This document shows positions 27,901 through 37,930 of a DNA stretch of 64,000 nucleotides, in pieces; position 1 is the first letter of the stretch; every line of letters begins with the position of its first letter. The notes beneath the pieces were generated by a model that saw nothing but the letters and a program-made list of their open reading frames with translations, was not told the origin of the DNA and ran no database searches. A program made the position numbers and the translations under genes. The stretch is taken from NCBI RefSeq assembly GCF_037042905.1, contig NC_087251.1:32924001-32988000 (forward strand), written 5' to 3'. The stretch is from Lytechinus pictus (taxonomy: Eukaryota).

Positions 27901-30900
27901 AACACACTTGTCGAAACGTCGAGATTGGGTGGTCCTTTTCAGGACCAACATATGCCCAAGAAAGATACATGGTGTACCGTGAAACCTACTACACTATACC
28001 GAAGCGTGCTTTAGTTTTGTTTGACCCATGTACACCGATCACACATATCATGTTCGGATAGTTTTGTGAAATATACTTTAGTTTTTTCTCTCTCTGGAGC
28101 TTCTCGCGGCCCACCTGAAAGAGCTTCCCGGCCCACTGTTTGAGAAGCGCTGTTATAGCAGATATTTGACATAATCTGTGCGATGTAATACAATGAAATA
28201 CCTTCAATCTTTCTATTCAGTTCTAGCTCTGCTACTTGGTCTGCCTTAGAATTATAATATATATTGTGTATTCTGTAGTAGTTGTCCCAAATGATGCCTC
28301 TACTTTAACAGGCACAGAGTGTTGAATTTTAGGTGCTGAAAAATTTGCTTAAGAAAGACATTTGACATCAAGATGGAATTCTTCTGTTTGAGGCAATGGC
28401 ACTATTAGAATGAATTATACATTTGATTCTTTTGTCTTTGCAGGTGATTACCCGACAGCCAGGAAACATTACACCGAGGCTATCAAAAGGAATCCAAGTA
28501 ATAGTAAACTCTACAGCAACAGAGCTGCATGCTACACGAAGCTAGCAGAGTTCAGACTAGGTCTAGATGATTGCGAAGAATGTATCAGATTGGATCCTAC
28601 ATTCAGTAAGTGTTCCTGTTTCCCTTGCTGAAGGAGGATGCTGCAAGGAAATTTTTGCGATCCATTGCAAATTGCTGATGCTCAATTACAGTTTATATAT
28701 ATCGTAACTAGAGATTGAAATTTGTTGCTTTGATATAGCAAGAAGGGCTGACAGCAATCAAGTGCAAATTTGCAATTGATTGCCAAACTTATGTTATGAA
28801 TGATTTTTGACCCAACAGTTGACTTCCGATTGATTACAAGTGACTTGCAATGCTGCATAAGAGGTTGAATGTGATTTATATTGAGGTTTACATTATGGTA
28901 ATATGGATCATAATCAAATGATAGGCCGAAATCTAACATGTGATTAGTCAACTTAATAGGTAAATTTGCTAATGTCTGGTACTATTGATGAGTTCTGTTG
29001 ACCAATCAACAACGTAGCACGGATTTTTTTGCAATCGATCACAAATTAAAGTTGTAAATGTGCAAATGAAGAGTTCATTTGTAACTATAGCAAATAATCG
29101 TCACTTCAATTGAATAAGATGACAATTGCGAAATGGGTTACTGAATTATTAAGTGTGAGAGTGATTGGATGATGAATGGTTATAATCTCTGTTCAAAGAC
29201 ATGCCTATGATTGTGTTTTTACACAAGATGAAAGCTGTGTAACAAACAGAGATAAATCAATCAGTGACTCTATTTATCTGTTTCAGTGCTTCTGACACTG
29301 ATAACAGAATATATGTGGCACTGTACAGTACCCCATAGAGACAAGATTACTGAAATTTGCCTGTGCAACTACAGTGTTTTTCCTTTATTCACTTTTGAGT
29401 TGACTTTCCTAAGTACATACATGCAAGTTTCTGATGAATCTTGGCATTAATCCAACATAATTTTGATTGTTGGGATAATTATTTCAATGCTCCTATCTTG
29501 AATAATTTGAAATGCAATCTACATGTTGTAGAGCAGAAATTTGTATTTCTGTTTTTAAAAAAAAAACTATTGTTATATCTTTTCTGTGCCATTGATTTTG
29601 TAAAAATAGAATTTAAAGTAATCATTTGATACCGAGTTCCATATACAAATATTGTAATTGTTCATGTTCACAAATCACAATATAATTTCTTGTGGTCCAG
29701 CCTTCTTTTTTTAGCGATGACTCACTTTTTACAATAAGTTAAAATGGAAAAAAAAATGTATGAGGTGTATTTATACAAGTTTATTTCTTTTGTTGTATTT
29801 TCACAGTCAAGGGTTATCTCAGGAAAGGTACAATTCTAATGGGTTTGCATGATTATACCAAAGCTAGCTCAGCATTTCAACAGGCACTGGAACTTGATAG
29901 CAATAATAAGGTAAGACAGATGTCTGTTGTAAAGTTCTGTTTTGTTTAATGATAATAATAATTAAAGAAAATTATACTTGCTTGTGTTGTGCCTAAGACT
30001 TACTTTATCGAAAGTCTCTAAGCACTCTAAAAAATAATGTAGCATAATTACATTGGCCCGTATTCTGAAGTCAGGTTTAACTTAAACTCAGGTTTAAAGT
30101 TGTGGTTAAAGTATGGGAAGCTAAAAGTATCAAAATTTTCATTAAGATGTATGTTTCTTATGTTTACTGTGCTCTTTCCTGATTCATTGATGGTGAAGAT
30201 AATCATCTATTTATACTTCCTAGACAATTATGAATGATTTGAGAGCCAAATGAGCTGAAGTATGATATCTCTCCTGTTAGTGATTTATGGAACAATTAGC
30301 TATCCATACTTAAACCACAACTTTAAACCTGCCATCAGAATACGGGGCCCTGACTTTAGCAGAGCATCTGCTATGCACACTGCGATTCGAGGAATATATT
30401 CCTGCTAGTTACACACCTCTTCCTCATATATTTATATATATATTTTACTGTGTATGGTTGTCCATAAGAAACTGAAACTCTTTATGCTTCGCTCGTTAAG
30501 TACTCTTTGCCGTTTTTACTTAGCCTGGCACTAAAAAGTTCTATCCACATAGCTGATCATAGCTCGTATAGGACAATTGCAAAACAATGAAAACTAGCGA
30601 GTGAGTCGTGTTAAAATCAATTTGAAGGTACATGTATGTGTGTTATTTATGGTAAATACCTTTGAGAAAATATCTTTAAAAAAAAAAATGACATTACTTG
30701 GCCTATTTTCTCTTAATTTTCTTTTATTTGGCACATAATTGATACAAAAATTTGATTTTTCTTTTGTAAAATTCTGTTAAAACTCACATCTTGATTGCAA
30801 ATCTTTTCCTGCCTTCATTTTTTATGTTGCTATGACAGGAAGCCCGAGATGGTGTCTATAAGTGCTCAACCTACTCCACTCCAACAGAAGGGATGAGTGA

Positions 30901-32851
30901 GGATGAGATCAAGATGAGAGCTATGAATAATCCAAGGGTTCAGAAGATCATGGAAGATCCCGCGATGAGATTGATTCTTGATCAGATGCAAAGTAACCCA
31001 GGGGCTGTCACAGAGTAAGTTTTATTTTATTTATTTAGATTTTATTTATTGTCTCGCCTACATAGCAGAGCGAGACTGTAGGCGCCGCTTTTCCGACGGC
31101 GACGGCGGCGTCGTCGTCAACATTGAAATCTTAACCAAGGTTAAGCTTTTGAAATGTCATAACTTTAAAAGTATATGGACCTAGTTCATGAAACTTGGAC
31201 ATAAATCAAGTATTACTGAATATCTTGCCCGAGTTTCAGGTCACATGACCAAGGTCAAAGGTCATTTAGGGTCCATGAACTGGACCATATTGGGGGAATC
31301 AATATCGAAATCTTAACCAAGGTTGGAGGTTTGGAAATGTCTTCATAACTTCCAAAGTATATGGACCTAGTTCATGAAACTTAGACATAAGGGTGATAGT
31401 GTATCACTGAAGATCCTGCCTGAGTTTCAGGTCACATGATCAAGGTCAAAGGTCAGTTAGGGTCAACAAACTTTGACCATGTCAGGGGTATTTGTGGAAT
31501 TGTCATCATAACTTTGAAATTTTATAGATCTAGTTCATGAAACTTAGACATAAGAGCAATTAAGTATCCCTGAACATCCTGTGCGAGTTTCAGGTCACAT
31601 GACCTAGGTCAAAGGTCATTTAGGGTCAACAAACTTTGATAATGTTGAGGGTATTTGTGGAATTGTCATAACTTTAAAGTTTATAGATCTAGTTCATGAA
31701 ACTTTGGACATAACGGTAACCATGTATCCCTGAATATCTTGTGCTTGTTTTGTTTGTTTCTGGTCACATGACCAAAATCAAAGGTCATTTAGGGTCAATG
31801 AGCTTTGGCCATGTTGGGGGTATTTGTTGAATTGGCATCATAACTTGGAAAGTTTATGAAACATAGATATGAGGGTAATCAAGTATGAATGATTGTTTTG
31901 AACATGTCTAAGGTCACATGATCATAGTCAAAGGTCATGTTGGGTCAATGGACATAGTATTTTATTATCATTGAGTGTTTTCTTTTGTGAATAATTATTT
32001 AATACCTTTTTCCAGAGTCAGCACTGCTGCTATATCGAATCGCGTGATGCAGGCGAGACTGCCAGTTCCACTTGTTTATTTATTCATGTATTTGTTTATT
32101 TATTTTTTTTGGGGGGCATGGTGTCGACTTTAAGATTTATGATTTTGAACTATTGTTATGCTAGGGGTACACTTCTCAGACAAAAGGTGACCTTTTTGTG
32201 GAACCTATTTTCTTCCATGTAAAACACATTTTTATGTACAAAAGGTCTTATTTCAAATGTTTTTTCCTTCATTTGATGCACTGTTAATTGATGTCCCCAT
32301 TTAGCTATTACAAAAGACTGACGTCATCACTTTGGTATTCTGCATCCATATCCATGTCTTCTTTCAAATTGGACTTTCACTCTGGACTGTTATAACCTTG
32401 TATCTCACAATGTAAACATTTTTAAGTCAGCTCAGAAGAAGCTTTGTTTCAGAGTTATGACATATGTAGCAACCTTCTTTGGCCTAAAAAGAGATCCTCT
32501 CAGGAATTAGGCGACTGTTTTCAGACAATATGAGGTTGCCACCATGGCCATTACATGTATTTATTAAATACAGCTTTTTCTTTAATAGCTGCCCTCAAAG
32601 TTTTCACTGACATTCCTGTTTATATTCAACCAAAGTTTTTAGATGCTCGTCTAATGATATTTTTCATTTTTATAGGGAATATTCTTCTGTCCAGATGATA
32701 TTCTATCCTAATTATAAATAGATTTTTCTATAATTTCACTTTATTTTTCCCTTTACTTTGCAGACATTTACAGAATCCTGAGATCGCAGCTAACATTCAA
32801 ACCCTTATGGAAGCTGGTCTTATCAAACTTTCAAAAGGTCCAGCAATGTAG
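21925..32851 (+). CDS. STIP1: Stress-induced phosphoprotein 1 / HOP (Hsp70-Hsp90 organizing protein), TPR2A-TPR2B-DP2 form, 9 coding exons, 329 aa
   Basis: join(21925..21936,25015..25141,25572..25674,25847..25967,26651..26747,28444..28605,29807..29910,30839..31014,32764..32851) = 990 nt, all GT-AG and in frame. Peptides [62 protein letters not shown] and [15 protein letters not shown] match the HOP C-terminal two-thirds. Exon 1 is less certain than the rest. Confidence 0.93.
22362..23000. mobile_element. Probable MITE remnant in STIP1 intron 1
   Basis: GTCCAAACTTCGCGC at the left end and GCGCGAAGTTTGGAC at the right end are inverted; related motif copies near 22383 and 22739. No TSD resolved. 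Confidence 0.5.
25015..25141 (+). CDS. STIP1: STIP1 exon 2 (TPR2A start)
   Basis: ccag|[42 protein letters not shown]|gtaagt. Confidence 0.93.
25572..25674 (+). CDS. STIP1: STIP1 exon 3
   Basis: acag|[34 protein letters not shown]|gtaaga. Confidence 0.93.
25847..25967 (+). CDS. STIP1: STIP1 exon 4
   Basis: tcag|[40 protein letters not shown]|gtaaac. Confidence 0.93.
26651..26747 (+). CDS. STIP1: STIP1 exon 5
   Basis: gtag|[32 protein letters not shown]|gtttgt. Confidence 0.93.
26775..27260. mobile_element. Kolobok-like foldback MITE with damaged right terminus
   Basis: TTAA-AGGGGAAGTTCACCCTGA... and ...TCAGGGTGAACTT, with ~170-bp imperfect inverted arms (e.g. AAGGTTTGAGGAAAATCC / GGATTTTCCTCAAACCTT). 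Confidence 0.75.
27522..28152. mobile_element. Non-autonomous hAT (Charlie-like) element
   Basis: TIRs CAGCGCTTCTCAA / TTGAGAAGCGCTG flanked by a perfect 8-bp TSD TTATAGCA (27514-27521 and 28153-28160). Confidence 0.9.
28444..28605 (+). CDS. STIP1: STIP1 exon 6 (TPR2B)
   Basis: gcag|[54 protein letters not shown]|gtaagt. Confidence 0.95.
29807..29910 (+). CDS. STIP1: STIP1 exon 7
   Basis: acag|[35 protein letters not shown]|gtaaga. Confidence 0.93.
30055..30349. mobile_element. MITE inserted into a SINE-like remnant
   Basis: Inverted ends GGCCCGTATTCTGA..CAGGTTTAAAGTTGTGGTTAAAGTATGG and CCATACTTAAACCACAACTTTAAACCTG..TCAGAATACGGGGCC. Confidence 0.8.
30839..31014 (+). CDS. STIP1: STIP1 exon 8 (DP2/STI1 domain)
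   Basis: acag|[59 protein letters not shown]|gtaagt. Confidence 0.93.
31049..32076 (+). mobile_element. Helentron/DINE-1-like non-autonomous element, copy 1 (5 core repeats)
   Basis: 5' GTCTCGCCTACAT..GCGAGAC hairpin, (CGG)-rich microsatellite, ~150-190-bp tandem cores, 3' subterminal ATGCAGGCGAGAC then TTCCACTTGTT, T-rich flanks. Homologous to 50817-51606 and 58287-59283. Confidence 0.8.
32764..32851 (+). CDS. STIP1: STIP1 last coding exon
   Basis: gcag|[31 protein letters not shown]. Confidence 0.92.
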
Positions 32852-32955
32852 ATAACACCTCTTATACACCAATCTGTATAGTTTTGTGTGATACATGTTA
32901 TTCCTGTAACCTGGAATGTTCTGCTGCTCGTAAAGCAGTAGACATTACAAAACCC

Positions 32956-33119
32956 CCACCCAGGGAAACTGTTTCGGACTTGTCCTGCTTTGGGCCATTC
33001 ACCATAATCAATTCAAGCTACTCAAATTTCAATTTAAGCTACTCAAAATTACCCATCCAGGGTAATTGTTATTTGTCCTGCTTCAGGCCATTCATCATCA
33101 TCAATTTAAGCTACTCAAA
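32956..33119. repeat. Local ~95-bp imperfect tandem duplication in the STIP1 3' UTR
   Basis: CCCA(C/T)CCAGGG..TTGTCCTGCTT..GGCCATTCA..ATCAATT(C/T)AAGCTACTCAAA occurs twice, plus an extra CAATTTAAGCTACTCAAA. Confidence 0.7.
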
Positions 33120-34620
33120 GTTGGTTTTTGATAATATCTTTGATTCATGCAAAGCCAGTTTTTACAATGTATTTGACGCATGCCCCATGCAGCATTATAA
33201 TGAGAAGTCATTTCATCAAATTTCTGAGCAAAGCTGTGTATCATGGAAATATTTTTTTGTAGACAAGGGATAAAGTCATGAATTTGTTTGATTTTGCTTT
33301 TGTCTCAAATTATTTCTCAGGTTTATTTATGGATTGTAATCTTACTATATAAGTTGATGTTTGTAGCTGATATCCTATTTTTATAAGAAGGGCTTTTAAC
33401 TCGGCGACGGTGCAAACTTGATCTTTTGTTTTAAAGAATGTGCATCAATGCGTCATTTTGTGTGTACTTTGGCTATAGGTTCAGAAGTTCAAATGGATTA
33501 AGATTTAAAGTCTTACAAATCTAATTTGTAATATTCTATCATCAAATGATAATAATGACATTGTTTTATGCAGTGCACACGCTGTCCATAGACGCTCATG
33601 TGGCTACATTTTTCTTGTATATAACGAGCTTTTAACAAATTTGGCAAATCTGCCAAAGCCAATCTTTCATAGGTTGAATAACCGCCTAAGTTGCTTACAT
33701 CAGGAAAACAGTTTGCCAAACACGTTCAATAAATCAAAATTAGATTTCTCTTAATTTGAGCAGATACCTGTTTCTGAATTAAATATTTACAGATTATAAT
33801 CCCATCCTAAACTTGGTGGGTTGCATTTGATGCTAGTCAGCATTCAGGGATAAGAAAAACTAATGTGTGTTATTTAACTCAAATATTGCCTCTCTCTAAT
33901 TAAACAGCATGATTGCGCAGTTATGAATGGCAATATCAGTGGAATTCGGAGGAGTCAATCAAACAGTGTATTATTAGTCGGTTTAGGATCAATTATGTAA
34001 CCCCATACTTGTATTAAGTATGCAGAATTTTATCCTGTATTTTACTTTTTATTAATTTCATGGTCCCCAAAAATGAATATCATTCCAAATGCATGTTCTG
34101 TACAGTCCCCTATCTTCATTCAAATAAATCTTTTTGTACTAGGCATCTCTCTTCCACGTTTGACAAGAAGTAGTTGTGAACGGAATCAAAGTAAATTTTT
34201 TGTTGATTAACTCTTTGCACGCTGAATTAATTTTTGGGGGATAACGACAATCGTTTCCATTAAGTTTTCATATTGCACCATTGGTACTTATTGTTATTAT
34301 ATAGATGTTATCCTAGAACTATTGCCTTTTATTAGCTTATCTAATTTGAAGGTAGGGGAGAAAACTAATTACATGTATTACGATTGTTGAATTCAATTGT
34401 ATGAATGTGCAAGATTGCAACATCAGCGCGCAAAGGGTTAAGGGAATATGGGATGAGGTAATTACACCGGAGAAGAATGGCTACTAAATGGTACTTGGTG
34501 CTAGGATAGAGACTGCTGTCAGACATCACCACCCACAATTTCTCTCTGCATAAAACCTGAAATCTTTTTTTTTTCTCATGATGTAGGCTTGGCACAGGGA
34601 CCACCCCTTCCAGTACTTAA

Positions 34621-35188
34621 AGGACAATGAAACCTTTGGAACAAAATAGCTTGTGCGAAAACAGAAAAATAAACGGATCAAAGAAAGTTTGATAAAAAAT
34701 GAATAAATATGAAATTTATGAGCATTTGAAGTTGAGATCATTATTGTAATGAAGATCCTCCCATTGGCAATGCGACAAAGACATGAAAGATGTCTTATGT
34801 GAACAACCTTCCCATTACTTTTGTATATATTTCACTTTAACTGCCTTTTTTATCACATCTATCAGTAGATTACATATTCTTTTGATAGGAGGGCATGTAA
34901 TACAGATTTTCAGAGAATACTTTGTGGAGAAAGAGTTGGTATCACAAGAGCAAAAACAAGACATTTTGAGGGTATTTTATAGTCCATCAAAGGGAAAGTT
35001 GTTTACATGTGACATCACACATCTTTGTCGCTTTGCCAATGAAAGGATCTCCATAGCATTAGTGATCGCAATATTCAAATGCTCATAACTCTATCAATAT
35101 TTGTCTGATTTTTCTCAAACCTATGCTCTTATTCTATGATTTTTCTGCTTTCACACAAGCCTACTTGTTCCAAAGGTTTCATTTCCCT
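34621..35188. mobile_element. Kolobok-like MITE with TTAA TSD
   Basis: TTAA|AGGACAATGAAACCTTTGGAACAA ... TTGTTCCAAAGGTTTCATTTCCCT|TTAA with long imperfect inverted arms. Confidence 0.85.
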
Positions 35189-35424
35189 TTAACTGGACAA
35201 CCATTCATAAATTTACTTTTGTCCTGATTTCATTGTATATTGTAATCCAGAAGTTTTGTAGTATAACCTGTATATTTGTAATAATCACATACAAATTAGC
35301 ATGAGGCTAAAACGATGTGCTGTCAAATAATGCGACTGTTTAAACTCTGGGCATTTGTTGTCATTTGATAATGATATATCATGCTCGAGATAGATGTGTA
35401 TAATTGTGAATTTTGATGAATATC

Positions 35425-35430
35425 AATAAA
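35425..35430 (+). terminator. Candidate poly(A) signal for STIP1
   Basis: AATAAA followed by T-rich downstream sequence. Alternative AATAAA sites exist near 33729 and 34123. Confidence 0.3.
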
Positions 35431-36944
35431 AGAAACAATATTTCAGAACTGTAATTACATCCATTCGTCCCAATGATTTCCATCTTTTCCCCCTTTTTCA
35501 TGTCATTATTGATCTGTTATTTGCTCCAACCTTCTCTCTCTTTTCCTGTCTCTCCTTTAAATTGTTCCATGTAAACATTTGTTTGTGAATTACTCTTAAT
35601 GAGATGAAGGATTTCAGGAGCTTGTTACAATTTAAAAGCAAAAACATCTCTCTACAGTTTCAACCACTTCGCAAGACAACCGAGTATAGTTCAACTCTAA
35701 TGAAAAACGTTATGAAAAGACACCCAGAACAAATATCAGTATCCATACACAACAACAATCCTGGGGAAAAAAAGGAAATATATCTTGAAAAACAATATTA
35801 ATATCACCATAGTACTTTGTATATATTTATTCTTTGCATATATAAAAATACACCATGTACATGCTGCATAAATGAATTTGCATCGAGACAAAACCTCGGT
35901 AAATAAAGTAAAATAGTACTAACAAATCACAATTCTCTTATACAAGTAAGTTGTTAAATCAAATGATCTAAAATGTCAAATGAAATGGTTCTTATTATCT
36001 AGCTGATATAGAGCGCATCCCAAATATGTAATATTTCTAAATTTCATGTAATTCTTCCAACAATAAATTTGTCATCTCTTTCTCGTTAACTGCCATACTG
36101 ACACACTTGAAAAATCCATGCTTGGTTGTTCACAGGCAATAAAAATCTAAATCCACAAATTTTATGCTCTAACTTATGATTTTGTTCTTTTTGGATCCTG
36201 TGAACAAATGGGAATTGGATTTTTTCAGATGTTTGTAGCCAATATGACTCGCCCATGTGGTACTACGATCAGGCACAGCAAAACGATGTCCAATAACTGA
36301 GCTTACATGCTAAAATATACACCATAAAAGGCACACCCCATTAACATGTATTTCAATTCATATAATTACACATGCAGCTTATGCAATTTACAAGTGTTAT
36401 GCATGTCACACACAAATGCGATGCTTTATTTAAAGCATGTTTCCTTTTGAATATGGACTCTGGCATCTACATGTATGTTCTTGAGCAAGGCATTAAATCA
36501 AATGCTGTTTTATGATAAAATGATTATTAACCATATCAGACATCTGAGCAGGGCAATTTTAACACATTATTGCCTGCTTAGGACTGATCAAATGGTCGGT
36601 CATTAAATTTCCAATTGTTTATCCACGGACACAATTTATTGCCCGCTCAGGAAAGTCCATGAGATAATAGGTGGAAATGTAGCAGGCAATAAGGCAGAGC
36701 TAACATCCGTATGATACGCGTTCTAGGGAAACGCGCAGCAAATACGTCATAATGTTAATCAAGATGAGGCCATGCTGGATACTGCATCCCCAGGCCAGGG
36801 ATGTGACATTTCAATTACGTCACAATGATTAAGATTAGAGGCCCAGCTTGCTCAACGTGACAAAATAGATTCCCATTCTTAAACTGTAAAATATTTAAAT
36901 TTTCACGATTTTTGCTCTAGATATATGAATGGGGTAATAATAGA

Positions 36945-37084
36945 AATATTGACTGGCTTTTCTTTTGGGGAACATAAAATATATTGCCCTTAAAAGAACC
37001 ACATTGCCCTCATCTAACGACTAGGGCCAATATGATTCTATTGCGGGCAATATATATGATGTTCCCCTCAGGTCGGTCAATATT
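36945..37084. repeat. Long imperfect palindrome with the same architecture as 18338-18503
   Basis: AATATTGAC..GGGGAACAT..ATATATTGCCC..CATTGCCCT and AGGGCCAATATG..GGGCAATATAT..ATGTTCCCC..GTCAATATT. Confidence 0.75.
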
Positions 37085-37099
37085 ACATAATTATGACTA

Positions 37100-37310
37100 T
37101 TTGTTTGGCGTCACTTGTGCCTGGGAGGCGAAAAGCAAACTGAATCACTTGGACCCCCAAGTCTCTCCCGATATAACTGATTGTGGGACCACTACACCAG
37201 GGTTTCCCCCTACTCTTTATGCGAAAAGTGCAGTGGGATCCTAACGTGCAAAGGTGGTGACTCTCTACAAGGGGCCTCCATTTAATGTCCTATCCAAGGG
37301 ATAGAGTGTT
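37100..37310 (-). mobile_element. SINE central/3' domain remnant (possibly Nin/Deu-type)
   Basis: The minus strand reads GGATAGGACATTAAATGGAGGCCCC..GCACGTTAGGATCCCACTGCACTTTTCGCATAAAGAGTAGGGGG, resembling conserved invertebrate SINE domains as I recall them. Confidence 0.45.
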
Positions 37311-37317
37311 TTCCACT

Positions 37318-37385
37318 AACTCACTCCCTAAGCTAATACTGAGTTAACTCGCTCCCTAAGCTAATACTGAGCCAACTCGCTCCCA
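37318..37385. repeat. 28-bp tandem repeat, ~2.4 copies
   Basis: AACTC(A/G)CTCCCTAAGCTAATACTGAG repeated. Confidence 0.85.
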
Positions 37386-37756
37386 TTAAAAATAGAGATG
37401 CCAAGGCAATATTAGTGCCACTGCCAATGTTAGCATGTGTTTATTTTTTTCTCCAAAAATTGAAGAACTTGAGATTTTGTTTTGAAGTCCTGCCAATAAA
37501 TCCTTGCACTTTACTTCTTGGTCCGTTGATAACATTTTCTTTACAAAACATTTCCCTTTTAAAGTGATAATTGGCACATTCAGTAAAAGGGATGCAATAG
37601 GCAGAATATAAATGAATGACACAAGATGTCCAGTATAGGCAGTGATGAAATGGGGAATTTAAAGAGATAGATCCATATCAAATTCTCTTCAACTCATATT
37701 GGAAATTATGTCTAGTATACATGTATTATAAAAAGTATTTCCTTCAGATAATCATT

Positions 37757-37930
37757 ATTTAACTTGCTTATATAACGCTTAACACTCCCTTTATCAGAAG
37801 TCTCTCAGCGCTCTAGAGTAATGTAGCATAACTACCCTGGCTTTAGCAGAGCGGATATTACACGCATTGCATTTCAAGGAATAAATTCCTACCATATACC
37901 CACTCAACTCACCTGGGTTGAGTGCAGATG
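37757..37930 (-). mobile_element. SINE-like 3' remnant; relatives at 29970-30415 (split by a MITE) and 50435-50600 (opposite strand)
   Basis: Shares TTTATC..AAGTCTCT..GC.CTCTA..TAATGTAGCATAA..CCCTG.CTTTAGCAGAGC..GGAATA.ATTCCT with the 30-kb copy. The 50.4-kb copy has GGAATTTATTCCTTGAAATGCA and a (TAT)n-like tail. Confidence 0.6.

Noticed and set aside
32884..33273. 129-aa ORF downstream of the STIP1 stop
   Set aside because: Lies in the 3' UTR over a local duplication, with no recognisable homology.
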